A stretch of 64,000 nt of DNA, taken from a bacterium (GTDB lineage: Bacteria; Electryoneota; Electryoneia; Electryoneales; Electryoneaceae). Numbering within the stretch: the first letter of the stretch is position 1; each line of letters opens with the position of its first letter. The translations under genes and the position numbers were made by a program. The DNA lies in assembly GCA_963669175.1 (NCBI GenBank), contig OY769902.1:3808001-3872000 (forward strand). The letters run 5' to 3'. A model generated the notes under the pieces. The model was not told the origin of the DNA, ran no database searches, and was given only the letters and a program-made list of their open reading frames with translations. Of this stretch, positions 39,783-51,000 are shown one piece after another.

Positions 39783-42236
39783 ATGCCAGTGTTTCGGACT
39801 TCCCTGTTAATTGCATGGCGGCGACTGGTCAAGCACAGACAGTACACCCTGTTGAATATTGCCGGGTTAGCGCTGGGTCTTGCCTGTAGTACCATCATCA
39901 TCCTGTATGTTTACCAGGAACTCAGTTACGACACCTTCCACCCTGCCGCTGATCGTACCTTTAGGATGGGATCGCATTCCATCAAATGGATTGGTGAGCA
40001 TTATTACTCCAGAACACCTGCCTGGATGGCGCCTCAACTAAAAGAGAAGTATCCGCAACTTGAAAATGTTGCCCGGATCATTCCCCCTTTTGAAAATGCT
40101 GATCACGTGCTGGTGGAACGTGGCGATAACCGTTTTTTCGAGAAGCGAGTATACTTCGTCGATCCGGAACTGCTTGACATGTTCCACATCCCTTTGGCGC
40201 ATGGACAGGCAAATCTACAAGATCCCTGGAAGATCCTCATAACTCAGTCTATGGCGGAGAAATATTTCGGTGACGCTGATCCTATCGGAAAGCCCCTGGT
40301 GCTTGAGCTGGATTATGATTACTGGGCACCGGTAGAGAAACGTGAGTTTACGGTGGAAGGTGTACTCGAAGACAGTCCGAAGAACAGCCATTGGCACTAT
40401 GACATCCTCGTGTCCATGGCGACAATGCGTTCTGTTCTACCAACCTTTGAAAGCACACTGGATGACTATCATTTCAAGTATACCTATATCACACTTCCTT
40501 CTGACTTGACCACCAGTGATTTCATCAAACAGTTGGAACCCTTCAGACAAAAAGAATTAGATAAGTATACACAACGGTCCGGCCGTGAGATGGAGCTATT
40601 CGAATATATACTCACTCCGGTTACCGACCTCCACCTGCACTCTCCCTGTCAATACGAACTCGAACCGGTTGGTGATGCCCGCTACTTGTATATCTATGGC
40701 GGCATTGCCTTGTTAACCCTGTTGATCGGTTGCCTGAACTACATTACCCTCTCCGCAGCTCTTGCTGCCATGCGGGTGAAAGAAGTCGGATTCCGCAAGA
40801 TTATCGGCGCTCGGAAAATCCATATCGTGTTCGCCCAGTTGATTGAAGCGTTTATCCTAACCCTGGTTGCTTTTGCAGTAGCGTTTATTATCGCTGAACT
40901 CATGCTACCATCATTCAACCGACTAGCCGACACCCAGTTGGAGCTGACAATTCTCCTGCAACCAGGCACCTTGCTTGCCCTTGGTTTTCTGCTGATCCTT
41001 ACGGCTATTGGATCGGGAACACTGCCTGCCATGATCCTCAGCGAAACCCGGCCACTGGCTGTTCTACAAGGACGGTTTGCTCCTACCAATCGAGGTGCGA
41101 CGGTACAGAAAGCGCTTGTGTTCGGTCAGTTTGTCATATCCCTGTTCCTTGTTCTGAGCACCATTACCGTCTATCGTCAACTGGAACATATGCGCAGTGG
41201 AGCTATAGGATTCGATTCCGAGCATAAATTGATTTTGCCAATCAAAACCAACCTTGAGACGTTACGTAGAAACCCGGAAGCCATTAAACAGGCTTTCCTT
41301 GAGAAACCTGGAATTCAGGCGGCAACAGTTTCTTCCGGCGTCCCCGGACAGCTCAATGGCGGGTACTATCTGCGTAAAAGCGGCGAAGATGAAGCGGAAC
41401 CACACTGGCACAATGTGCTGACTGTGGATTATGACTTTCTGGATGTAATGGACATTAGCATGATCGCAGGTCGTGCCTTCAGAAAAAACTCGGAACATGA
41501 CCGTGAACACGCATTTCTGTTGAATGAAGCAGCACTGGCAGAACTTGGTTTTTCCACTCCGGAAGAGGCGTTGGGACAACAATTCTGGGCTCATTATCAT
41601 GGTAAAACCAAGGAAATCATAGGTGTCGTGCGTGACTTTCATTACGAAGGTATGCAACATCAAGTCGAACCGATGCTGCTTGATATCGAAAGCTCCCTCT
41701 ATTCGACAATCACACTTTCACTCGACAATCACGACCTTGTGAATACCATGCAGACAGTAAAAGAAACCTGGGACGAAGTATTTCCCGATGTTCCCTTCGA
41801 ATACCAGTTCCTGAACGACATTGTCGATAAGCAGTATCGTTATGAACTGCAGGCTTCGAAACTTCTTGCAACGGTTACCGGCCTTGGATTGCTGGTGTCC
41901 TGCCTGGGACTGTTCGGGTTGACGGCATTTGTCTTGCAATGTCGTCAACGTGAAATCAGCATCCGTCGCGTAATGGGCGCTAATCTTACCCAGATTATCC
42001 AGTTGCTTTCAGGAAGATTTATCCTGCTGATCATTCTGGCGAGTTGTGTTGCTGTACCCCTGGTCTGGTGGGTCAGTGAACGCTGGCTTTCACACTACGC
42101 TTACCGTGTTGATACCTCTTGGCCGATTTCCCTGGAAATACTCAGTGTGTTTATCCTGATCGTGGTGGGAGTTGTCAGCCTGCAGGCTTACCGTACCACG
42201 CAACAGAATCCCGCAGATACCTTGCGACAGGAATAG
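39783..42236 (+). CDS. ABC transporter permease, duplicated MacB/FtsX type
   Basis: LNIAGLALG, RVKEVGFRKIIGA, GVVRDFH, REISIRRVMGA, NPADTLR. Confidence 0.92.
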   Translation: MPVFRTSLLIAWRRLVKHRQYTLLNIAGLALGLACSTIIILYVYQELSYDTFHPAADRTFRMGSHSIKWIGEHYYSRTPAWMAPQLKEKYPQLENVARIIPPFENADHVLVERGDNRFFEKRVYFVDPELLDMFHIPLAHGQANLQDPWKILITQSMAEKYFGDADPIGKPLVLELDYDYWAPVEKREFTVEGVLEDSPKNSHWHYDILVSMATMRSVLPTFESTLDDYHFKYTYITLPSDLTTSDFIKQLEPFRQKELDKYTQRSGREMELFEYILTPVTDLHLHSPCQYELEPVGDARYLYIYGGIALLTLLIGCLNYITLSAALAAMRVKEVGFRKIIGARKIHIVFAQLIEAFILTLVAFAVAFIIAELMLPSFNRLADTQLELTILLQPGTLLALGFLLILTAIGSGTLPAMILSETRPLAVLQGRFAPTNRGATVQKALVFGQFVISLFLVLSTITVYRQLEHMRSGAIGFDSEHKLILPIKTNLETLRRNPEAIKQAFLEKPGIQAATVSSGVPGQLNGGYYLRKSGEDEAEPHWHNVLTVDYDFLDVMDISMIAGRAFRKNSEHDREHAFLLNEAALAELGFSTPEEALGQQFWAHYHGKTKEIIGVVRDFHYEGMQHQVEPMLLDIESSLYSTITLSLDNHDLVNTMQTVKETWDEVFPDVPFEYQFLNDIVDKQYRYELQASKLLATVTGLGLLVSCLGLFGLTAFVLQCRQREISIRRVMGANLTQIIQLLSGRFILLIILASCVAVPLVWWVSERWLSHYAYRVDTSWPISLEILSVFILIVVGVVSLQAYRTTQQNPADTLRQE

Positions 42237-42268
42237 CATCTGAACGGGTTGTCTATTTTTTTCAGTAT

Positions 42269-43669
42269 TTATTCACGTCTGTTCACTGCAATGATAATCG
42301 GATTTTCCCATTGATAGAAATTATCTCTATTCCATTGAATGTATTCCTTCCCATTGACGGGTGTGCTTTCCCACACTCCCCATTGTTCTATAAATTCTTC
42401 CCCTATTGCGGCAGAGATATTGGCAGGTGGTCCACCATCAAGGTTCAAGGCATATTCGAGGGAAAGATGTTCATCTTGAGAAAGAAATCCTGCCAGCCGT
42501 TGCAAGGAGAAAAAGCCGCTCTGTGTGTTCCCAATAATGACATTGCCATCTTTATCAATCCCAATGAAAGATCTATTCGCACGCTTCATGGGATTCTCTT
42601 TTGTACGAACGAGTCCCGCACCATCACCGACCAGCGTTGGATACGAGACTGTACCTTCTGTATACCCTTCGTTTTCGATATCAGCAATTCGTGGGGGATT
42701 ATAGTTCACATAAGATACTAAGGGCTTTGTAGAATCTTCTGGTTCGAACAGTATTGCGCCATGCCTTGATTTATAGTTTTCAGGTCCGGCACGTTTCCCG
42801 CCAAGTAGCATAGGAACAGCGGGTTCACCATAAGCGGTTTCTTCAGATTCGTCTGTATAGAAACTTCCGTTTACAACAGCTACAGCAGTCAAATCCTCCA
42901 TCCACTCGTAAATATATTTCATGTCAGGCGAAGGAGAACAGTGTACGCTGAAACGAAAATACTCTGGATCGATTCGTAATAAAAGGATTCTGTCAACAAG
43001 AGTATGCGCAAAGAAAATATCCTCATAACCAATTTCAAAGCCTTCTTCCACAGTATACCAGTTCATCATTATACCTTGCGGAAGCAAATCTGGATGTTGA
43101 ATGGCAAGGTCATTTTCACTAATTCCCGGAACTTCATTTCCTTCAGACTTTAAATACCAGTCTATTTGGACTAATATGTTTGTAATATATTTTATTCGAC
43201 CTGGCGGATATGCCAATTCCTCATTTGTTGCATATGTAAATCTATCATGTTCTAGCCATTCTCCATTATCTAGTTTATAGATAGTAAGATTAAATATATC
43301 ATAAGATTCTTTTGTATTTTCATCATCTATAAATGAATATTCATATTTGGTATAATTATTTATTGTCATGGTATAATCAACCATACCATATTTTATTGCA
43401 GTATTTTGAAATATATAATTCATTACAGTCTCTATTCTAAATATTTTTAGTCCATTTGACATTTGCTCATTTTGATATAATAATATATCACTAATTTTAC
43501 ATTTTTTTATTATTTTTTCATCTGTCAATATAGTATATTTAGCATTCTTTTTTATTGACATAATAATATTATCTTTTACTACATAAAGTAAAAATCCTAT
43601 CATTGCAAAATAAAGAATCCCCATCACAACTACTTTCCGTTTATGTGAGAACTTAAAATCACTCGCCAT
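42269..43669 (-). CDS. Membrane-anchored protein with C-terminal phosphodiester glycosidase (NAGPA-like) domain
   Basis: VNGSFY, RSFIGID, ALNLDGG; start MASDF after GGAGGT. Confidence 0.75.
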   Translation of the reverse strand: MASDFKFSHKRKVVVMGILYFAMIGFLLYVVKDNIIMSIKKNAKYTILTDEKIIKKCKISDILLYQNEQMSNGLKIFRIETVMNYIFQNTAIKYGMVDYTMTINNYTKYEYSFIDDENTKESYDIFNLTIYKLDNGEWLEHDRFTYATNEELAYPPGRIKYITNILVQIDWYLKSEGNEVPGISENDLAIQHPDLLPQGIMMNWYTVEEGFEIGYEDIFFAHTLVDRILLLRIDPEYFRFSVHCSPSPDMKYIYEWMEDLTAVAVVNGSFYTDESEETAYGEPAVPMLLGGKRAGPENYKSRHGAILFEPEDSTKPLVSYVNYNPPRIADIENEGYTEGTVSYPTLVGDGAGLVRTKENPMKRANRSFIGIDKDGNVIIGNTQSGFFSLQRLAGFLSQDEHLSLEYALNLDGGPPANISAAIGEEFIEQWGVWESTPVNGKEYIQWNRDNFYQWENPIIIAVNRRE

Positions 43670-43841
43670 GGAATTCACCTCCATTTAAAGTCCAGGTACG
43701 TCCCTAATGATGCTGCTTTTAAAAGTCGCAGTTCGTAGGGAAACATACATTTGAACGCTATATATCTGTCTTTGCCAACGACATTACCGTTGTTTGTGCG
43801 ATCCTGGCCAGCAACCATCTGTAGTCGCACAGTTTACCGGG

Positions 43842-44633
43842 CTACTCCTCTTTCACCAGTCGGAACCCGGTGAAGTTGGCGCATCCGGGCGGCATGAAGT
43901 GATCACGTGTTTCTGAACTGCATTCATGGGCGCGTGAATCAAAGGAACCGCCCCTGAGCACACGTTCAAAGCCACGTTCCGGGCCGGTGGGATTTACAGT
44001 CGGACTGACGCCGTACCAGGATTTGTCATGCCAGTCATTACACCATTCCGCCACGTTCCCCAAGATATCATAAAGGCCCCAGGGATTCGCCATTTTCTGT
44101 CCGACAGGACGTGTCAATCCCTGGCTGTTTTCAGCATACCAGGCATACAGGCCAAGCACATCCATTTCCGTTCCCCACCAATAGGACGAACCGCTTTTCC
44201 CAGCACGGCAGGCGTATTCCCACTCTGCCTCGGTAGGTAAACGCCACCCCTCTCCCAGGTTGGGAAGAAACCTTTTTTGGATACTTGTCCAAGAGACTTG
44301 GTCAGCGGGACAGAAGGGACAGTTCTGATGGTAGAAAATCCATTCCCCGACAACAGCTTGCCATTGCTCCTGCGTAACTTCATACTTGCCCAGCCAGAAG
44401 CCCTGGGTAATGATGACCACATGCTGGGGAAATTCATCTTCCAGCCCTGCTTCACTGCTGGCGCCCATGAGGAAGGTTCCGGCGGGTATCCAGACCATTG
44501 TGATCATCAGCCCTGAATCACCAAGAAAGAAGTCTTTCTCATCGCCAGGCTGATGCTCGGTCTGTTCGGCAAAAGCTGTGGGAATTCCCAGGATGCCTAC
44601 TATCATAATAGCTATCATTGCTATTTGCTTCAT
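43842..44633 (-). CDS. FGE-sulfatase domain protein, exported
   Basis: IPAGTFLMG, YEVTQEQW, RLPTEAEWEYA, NPWGLYDILGNVAEW, RGGSF, GFRL. Confidence 0.92.
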   Translation of the reverse strand: MKQIAMIAIMIVGILGIPTAFAEQTEHQPGDEKDFFLGDSGLMITMVWIPAGTFLMGASSEAGLEDEFPQHVVIITQGFWLGKYEVTQEQWQAVVGEWIFYHQNCPFCPADQVSWTSIQKRFLPNLGEGWRLPTEAEWEYACRAGKSGSSYWWGTEMDVLGLYAWYAENSQGLTRPVGQKMANPWGLYDILGNVAEWCNDWHDKSWYGVSPTVNPTGPERGFERVLRGGSFDSRAHECSSETRDHFMPPGCANFTGFRLVKEE

Positions 44634-44671
44634 TCTTCCAGATTGAGAAAAACGATATCCCGTTAGCACAT

Positions 44672-44684
44672 CCCCCCCCCCCCC
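44672..44684. repeat. C13/G13 homopolymer
   Basis: Direct reading. Confidence 0.9.
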
Positions 44685-45264
44685 TGTTCATATCCTGGTG
44701 AAGCGATTCATCGTTATCGGCCCACAAACATCTTAAAACAAGTTTGTTAATATAAACTGCCTGCGAATGAAAGGAAAATGATACAAGTCTTTTTCAAAAA
44801 ATGTAGCGATTCCCAAAACCAAACCGTCATCTCATCATTCAATGAAAGATCCACTGTCTGGTTGGAAGAAAGGTTATGGAAAAAGGAGACTGCCCCCTTT
44901 CCTGACAATCTCTATTTTGACGGAACACAATCGAGAACAACTTTAGCAAGCAGAATCTTTAACATTGGATGAAACGGCTCACCAGCTCCTTTCCTGTTCA
45001 CATTCGCATCATTATCCCAGTAATATTTTTCGCAACAAAGTCTAAAGTAATTGCTCAGTGTTGTCGATTAGTATATTTATAGAGCCATACCTCTACAAAT
45101 TAGTTATATCTCTGGTTAGTGGATTCTCTTCGACAATAGCTCCTTGAAACTAAGTTCTACCACACGGTCAGGTTTTGCAGTTTTGATGCGCATTTGAAAC
45201 TACTGTGAAAGCCGAGATCGATTCAAGTTTTCAAACAAATATCGTCTTTTCGGGAGGGATCACG

Positions 45265-46002
45265 ATGTCTGTTCACGGAAAAACTCTGATCTTTTTACAC
45301 ATCACGAAGACTGCCGGGACAACCATGCAGAAAATCCTTCGTACCATCTATGATAAGGATGAAATTCTACTGATCAAGAGTAATCCAAAGAATAACGGCA
45401 TACACTACCAAGATTTTATCCGGCTGCCCTCGTCGGAACGAAGCAGGTTTCGAGTTCTGATGGGCCATATGCCGTGGGGGCTTCACAGGTACTGCCCGAA
45501 TGGAGCGGAATATTTCACCTTCCTGCGTGATCCCTTGAAACGTGGCATTTCGACCTACTTCCACTGCTTCAACAAACCCAAACACCACCACCACGAAATC
45601 GCCAGGCAGATATCCATACAGGAATACCTGAACAGGTACTACTATCCTTACATCTCCTCTTTTCTGGACGATATAGACAACCCGGTTTCCATGCAGAATC
45701 CTATTAAAGATCCTGTTCTTGTGACATCCCGGATTGAAAGATATTTCCCCATCATCGGCATCTCGGAACGATTCAATGAATCCCTGGAACTCCTTCAACA
45801 TCGTTACGCCTGGAATATCCCGAAGTTCGAGAACCATAATATCGGCAAATACTCACGTCGTGATATCTCGTTTAATGCGGATGCCATAAACGAATTCCAC
45901 CGAACCCATCAGGATGATTACAGGCTGTACCTGTTCGCCAGGCGCCGTTTCATTCAGCAATGGAAAAGGCATGTAGCTGAAAGACAGGCTGTTCCGGCAT
46001 AG
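45265..46002 (+). CDS. Sulfotransferase family 2-like protein
   Basis: FLHITKTAGTT (5'-PSB), TFLRDP..R.IS.Y, GISERFNESL. Confidence 0.85.
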   Translation: MSVHGKTLIFLHITKTAGTTMQKILRTIYDKDEILLIKSNPKNNGIHYQDFIRLPSSERSRFRVLMGHMPWGLHRYCPNGAEYFTFLRDPLKRGISTYFHCFNKPKHHHHEIARQISIQEYLNRYYYPYISSFLDDIDNPVSMQNPIKDPVLVTSRIERYFPIIGISERFNESLELLQHRYAWNIPKFENHNIGKYSRRDISFNADAINEFHRTHQDDYRLYLFARRRFIQQWKRHVAERQAVPA

Positions 46003-46126
46003 GGAGTGCCATGAACCACTCTTCCCTTTTTCGCCTTCACATTCGTAGGAGAAACTCTCCTCAACCCAAAGGAAAACCCGGCAAGAAAACCTTGCCGGGC
46101 TGAAAATCTCATGCGAAAACAGGATC

Positions 46127-47080
46127 TTACTTTTTCAGCGCCTGGGTAATGGCAGGCAGCACTTCCAGCGCATCCCCTACGATTCCATAGTCAGCGATCT
46201 TGAAAATCGGCGCATCTGCATCCTTGTTGATCGCGACAATCGTTTTGGACGTACGCATGCCGGCGATATGTTGAATCGCACCGCTGATCCCGGCTGCAAA
46301 GTACAGGGTCGGGCCAACGGTCTTGCCGGTCTGGCCGACCTGTTCACTATGCGGACGCCAGCCGCTATCCACGACCGGACGGCTCGCGCCAACCGCCGCG
46401 CCAAGGGCATCTGCCAGTTCTTCTACCAGTTTGAAATGCTCTTCGTCTTTCAGACCACGTCCCCCGGCGACGATCACATCCGCTTCCGCGACATCGGGAC
46501 GATCTGCTGAGGCCATCCGGGTCTCAACGATTGTTGTCTTCGCATCGAAAGGTGCGTCAATCGCAACTACTTCACCGGCGCCATCCGCTTCTTCCACGGC
46601 AAACACATTCGGACGAGTGGTCATTACCACCGGGAACATGTGCGCTTTGATATTGAGAAGTACCTTGCCCGCGTATACAGGACGCTTCGCAATAATATCG
46701 CTGCCTTCAGCATTCAGCCCGATAACGTCGGGAAGGAACATGACGTTCATGGATGCAGCCACTCGAGGCGCCAAGTCACGTCCTACAGTAGTCGCTGCGA
46801 TCAGGATCGCTTCAGCGCCAAACTCTTCCGCAGCTTTCTTCACCGCAGCCGTGTGACCCTCGCTCTGATAATCTTTAACCGCGTCGTTATCCACGGTGAA
46901 AATCTTTGCCGGACCGATCTTCTTTACCTGTTCTACTACGGCGTCCAAACCGCAGCCTACAACCACGGCTGCCACATCACCACCGCGTACCGTGGCGAGA
47001 CGCTTCGCTTCACTCAACGCTTCCAAGCTGGCCTTTTTTACCTGTCCCTGCAAGCTCTCGATGTATGTCAATACTGCCAT
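46127..47080 (-). CDS. etfA: Electron transfer flavoprotein alpha subunit
   Basis: AGGRG, GASR, QVGQTGK, GISGAIQH, AINKD. Confidence 0.96.
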   Translation of the reverse strand: MAVLTYIESLQGQVKKASLEALSEAKRLATVRGGDVAAVVVGCGLDAVVEQVKKIGPAKIFTVDNDAVKDYQSEGHTAAVKKAAEEFGAEAILIAATTVGRDLAPRVAASMNVMFLPDVIGLNAEGSDIIAKRPVYAGKVLLNIKAHMFPVVMTTRPNVFAVEEADGAGEVVAIDAPFDAKTTIVETRMASADRPDVAEADVIVAGGRGLKDEEHFKLVEELADALGAAVGASRPVVDSGWRPHSEQVGQTGKTVGPTLYFAAGISGAIQHIAGMRTSKTIVAINKDADAPIFKIADYGIVGDALEVLPAITQALKK

Positions 47081-47093
47081 TGTATCCCCCTTT

Positions 47094-47846
47094 CTACTCG
47101 ATAACCTTGGCTTCTTCGCGGAGCAAACGTACCAGCTCCGGCACCGCCTCGACACCTTCGCCGACTATCTTGCCCGCGGCGCGTTCGGGAGGATACACAA
47201 ATCCGACCAGATCAACACGTGATTCTGTCACATCAACCACGACCTGGTCAACCGGCTTCTTCTTCGCCATCATGATGCCCTTCAGGCTGGGATAGCGTGG
47301 ATCATTCAATCCCTTCTGTGCAGTGATCACACAGGGCAGTCCCGCTTCTATAACAACACTGCCGCCCTCGATATCCTTCTCCGCCTTCACCTTACCATCA
47401 GCCACTTCCAGCTTGCTGACTTCTGTGATGCAGGGAATATCCAACAAGGTGGCCAGCATTGGCCCGACTGCAGGACAATCATCATCGGTAGACTTGAACC
47501 CGGTAAAGATTAAATCATACCCTTCATCCTTCATGGCATTCTTGTAAGCGTTGGCTGTGCCCAACAGATCCAGCGCACCAGCCTTCTGGACATGGACGGC
47601 CTTGTGCGCACCCATCGCCAGTGCTTTACGCAGACCTTCAACTACCTGATCGGTGCCATAGCTGTATACAGTAACCTCGCCGCTATTCGCTTCGGCGAGC
47701 TTGAGCGCTTCTTCCACGGCATATTCATCGTATGGATTCAGTACCCAACTCAGGTCCCGTTCATCAATCCAGCTCTTGTCATCGTTGAGCTTGATCTGGG
47801 ACGCCGTATCTGGTACCAGTTTCACCAACACGGCAATCTTCATCAT
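47094..47846 (-). CDS. etfB: Electron transfer flavoprotein beta subunit
   Basis: VKLVPD, NPYDEYAVEEA, ALAMGA, NDPRYPSL. Confidence 0.96.
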   Translation of the reverse strand: MMKIAVLVKLVPDTASQIKLNDDKSWIDERDLSWVLNPYDEYAVEEALKLAEANSGEVTVYSYGTDQVVEGLRKALAMGAHKAVHVQKAGALDLLGTANAYKNAMKDEGYDLIFTGFKSTDDDCPAVGPMLATLLDIPCITEVSKLEVADGKVKAEKDIEGGSVVIEAGLPCVITAQKGLNDPRYPSLKGIMMAKKKPVDQVVVDVTESRVDLVGFVYPPERAAGKIVGEGVEAVPELVRLLREEAKVIE

Positions 47847-48077
47847 GCCTCCTGTTTTGTATGGTTATGGGTTAAATGCCTTCTTCAGGAATAAGAATTA
47901 ACACACGCGAAAAGCGAGATGCAAGTGCCCCCATCCGCTGAGAGCGGATTATCATCATCAAATCGCTCTTCCGTTCAACGAGACTTCTCGCTGGATGTTC
48001 CCTGCCGCGATTCCCTGTGATCACGACATCATGGCGCTTCTGCGGCTTGTATCAACTGGGTTTTCCGACAAATGGGG

Positions 48078-51000
48078 TTACTTCAACAGGAGAAGCTTGC
48101 GTGTTTCCTGTAGCGGACCGGCCTGAAAATGGAGGAAGTACATACCTGAAGCGAGATTGGAGCCATCAAAGGCAACCTGATGGTGACCGGATGGGCGAAT
48201 TTCATCAATTACAGTCGCAACTTCACGTCCAAGAATATCATACAAAGTCGCATGTACCGGGCTGTTTTGTTTCAGTGAAAACGCAATCGTAGTCGTGGGA
48301 TTAAATGGATTTGGATATACACCGGAAAATTCCCATTCCACAGGTTGAGCTGCTACAGTTATTGCCTGCGTTACGGTATCCGGCGCCACGATAGTGAAAT
48401 AAGCCCAGTTATTATGCGCTGAACAGGCGTTATGTTTAAAATAGGTGTAGAATCGATAAACCCCCTGGTTCAACAGGCTTCCATCTACATTAAAGAGCAG
48501 GATTGAAGCAGTTCCCGGAATGACGACACCATTGGCCTGTTCTATCGTGAAGAATGGGAGATTATCACTTAGCGTCCAAACCTGCAATCCATCTTCCTCA
48601 CCACAATCAATGATGGTAGCGATAACCCACACCAGGGGATTCCATTGTCCAGAAATATCAATTCCTGAAGGATGAACATTCCCGGCCGGGGCAATGAAGC
48701 TGTAAATCTCAACCGCATCACCGTTTTCGGGATTCATCTTGACAATGCTGGTTTGATTGGATCCATTTGCCTGACAGATAAAATACAGGTTGAAGCCATC
48801 AGGATCTTCAGCAAACCAGGAAGCGCCGCGTGGGAAGAAATCCTGGGGATATTGAGCAATAATGCTGCCTTGCCGATTGACAGCATAAATATCAATACCA
48901 TAATCCCCCATCCAGAACAGATCAGAATCAGGGTCATAAGCCAGGTAACGCGCAGGATTAACTGGCGTTTCAAATGAATCAATCGCAGCAATACTGCCTA
49001 CCTGCCAATTGCCTTCTTCCAGCTCCCATTTCTTATCAATACGATACAACCAGCCACCGTCAACGCCATAAAGGAAATCGCCATCTGAAGTCAGCCCGTA
49101 TATGCCGGGATCACTACGCATATTCTCGCCGACAGGTTGGTCAAATGATCTGATAAACGCACCATAACGATCATACTGGTATAGCTGGTTCGGGACATTG
49201 ACATCCAGCCCGTTCGAACCGGTCACCCAGAAAAAACGTCCATCAAATACAAGTCCCCTGTTCCTTGTCTCCTGTTCCGAGAGCGAGAATGAATAAGCCC
49301 AATCCCAGGGCGAAGCCATGTCATCCAGATCATTATCATCTGTTGGCAACTCTTCAACTATTCTCTGGAATTGCATGCCCTCATTTTCACCCTGGAAGCG
49401 GATTCCGGCATCATATTCCAGTAACCCATCCCCGGGATTATACAGGTTTATGGACAAAGTATGATCTTCATCAGTATGAATCGTATCAATGACAACAGGC
49501 GGTGTGATCAATAAATCCGGAGAATAAAGTGAGATATTTACTTCAGTGGGTTCATCCATGTCCACCGCAATATTCTCAATGTATTTGCTGTTAAAGCAAT
49601 CATGGAAAACTTCAAGATCCACCCTGCCGGCCACAACTCTTTCAAGACAATAGTAGCCATTGGCATTGGTACAGGCCGACGCCTGACCGTCATCTGTGAC
49701 AACCAGGGCGCCCTCAATGGGCGCTTCATTCAACGTGCTGCTGATAGTTCCCTCAATACTACCCATTATTCTCATCACATTGGTGGTGAACAACACAGCC
49801 CTGCCATTTTCAACCGGCGGCATACCTGGCGTATATGAATTCCAGTAAGCAAGTTGCAAGCCATCATCCTGCGTCTGGTTTTCAATGCCTGTTGTGAAGT
49901 AATACACATCAGCGCCATTGCCTTGGGAATGATTCATCGTCCTGTACTGGAACAGGATATCGTTGTCATTCGTCCAGGTTGAATCCGGTTCGGGTTGCTG
50001 GTAAAGAATCAGTTCAAAGGTACACGGATTGTGCATTGCGGCATCGAGCACACGATACCACTCTACAATGATGCGACCGTTCCAGGCATCGTGGTAATAG
50101 AATATTCCGGATTCATCATCTGTTTTTCTTTCGTCCCAGTATGGCGCTATCATTGCAGATGGGCCTAATGGCGAAGGAATAGTCCAATTCCTTTGTAATG
50201 GCATATCCGCCTGGTTGCCCATTGCAACAAATCCATTTACAGCAATGGTCATTTCTGAATAGGTTTCTCCGTAATAGCGCACCGGGAAAGGAAGCTGGAT
50301 AACAACCGCAGTATCCTGATTATCAACAGTATCCTGAAGGCAAAGATTCTCGCCGAGGAATAAGTGCTCATGCAGGTCCGGGTTTATTTCAATCCAGGTG
50401 AAGTCAGGTGCGTATTCTTCGTAGTATAATGTATCGGTGTTGTCAAAAGCATAATGCCCATATAGATCAGGCCCAATCGGGTCATCAGCATCCACCTCAC
50501 CGATAGTGACATCGAAATACAATGTGTCAAGCATGTTGTTCGTGCTCAACGCAGTCAGATACAGGTTGCCCCTGTGTCCCTTAAATGCCTCAGGATGAAT
50601 GGAGATCTCGAACTGGCTGGTCATGGCTGTCTGACTTGGCGCCAGCGAAGTCATCACTCCGACGTTGTGCCCAATGCTGATAAATGGATCATCACTATGA
50701 AGCACAAGATTAACCGGATCCAACGCACTGCTGTTTCCAACATTTGCGACCAGACATTGTAAAATTCCAGTTTCCCCCGGGCTGATAACATTTCCTGAAT
50801 CGTTCAAAGCTTGCGCCTGAATCAACGCCAGTTTAAACGATTGAATTTCCAGCGGAATGATGTCAGTCGTTTCACTTAAATCCGCATTGATTGTAATCCG
50901 GTAATAGGCATTCCATCCATCCGGTGTTGCCGGGCTCAACTCAACAAGCACCACTCCATTGACAAACGCGCTTGAACGTGGTTGAATACTCTGCAGTGTT

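Noticed and set aside
43842-43960. DGR variable region in the FGE-sulfatase gene
   Set aside because: No template repeat or reverse transcriptase seen in the window; a remote one cannot be excluded.
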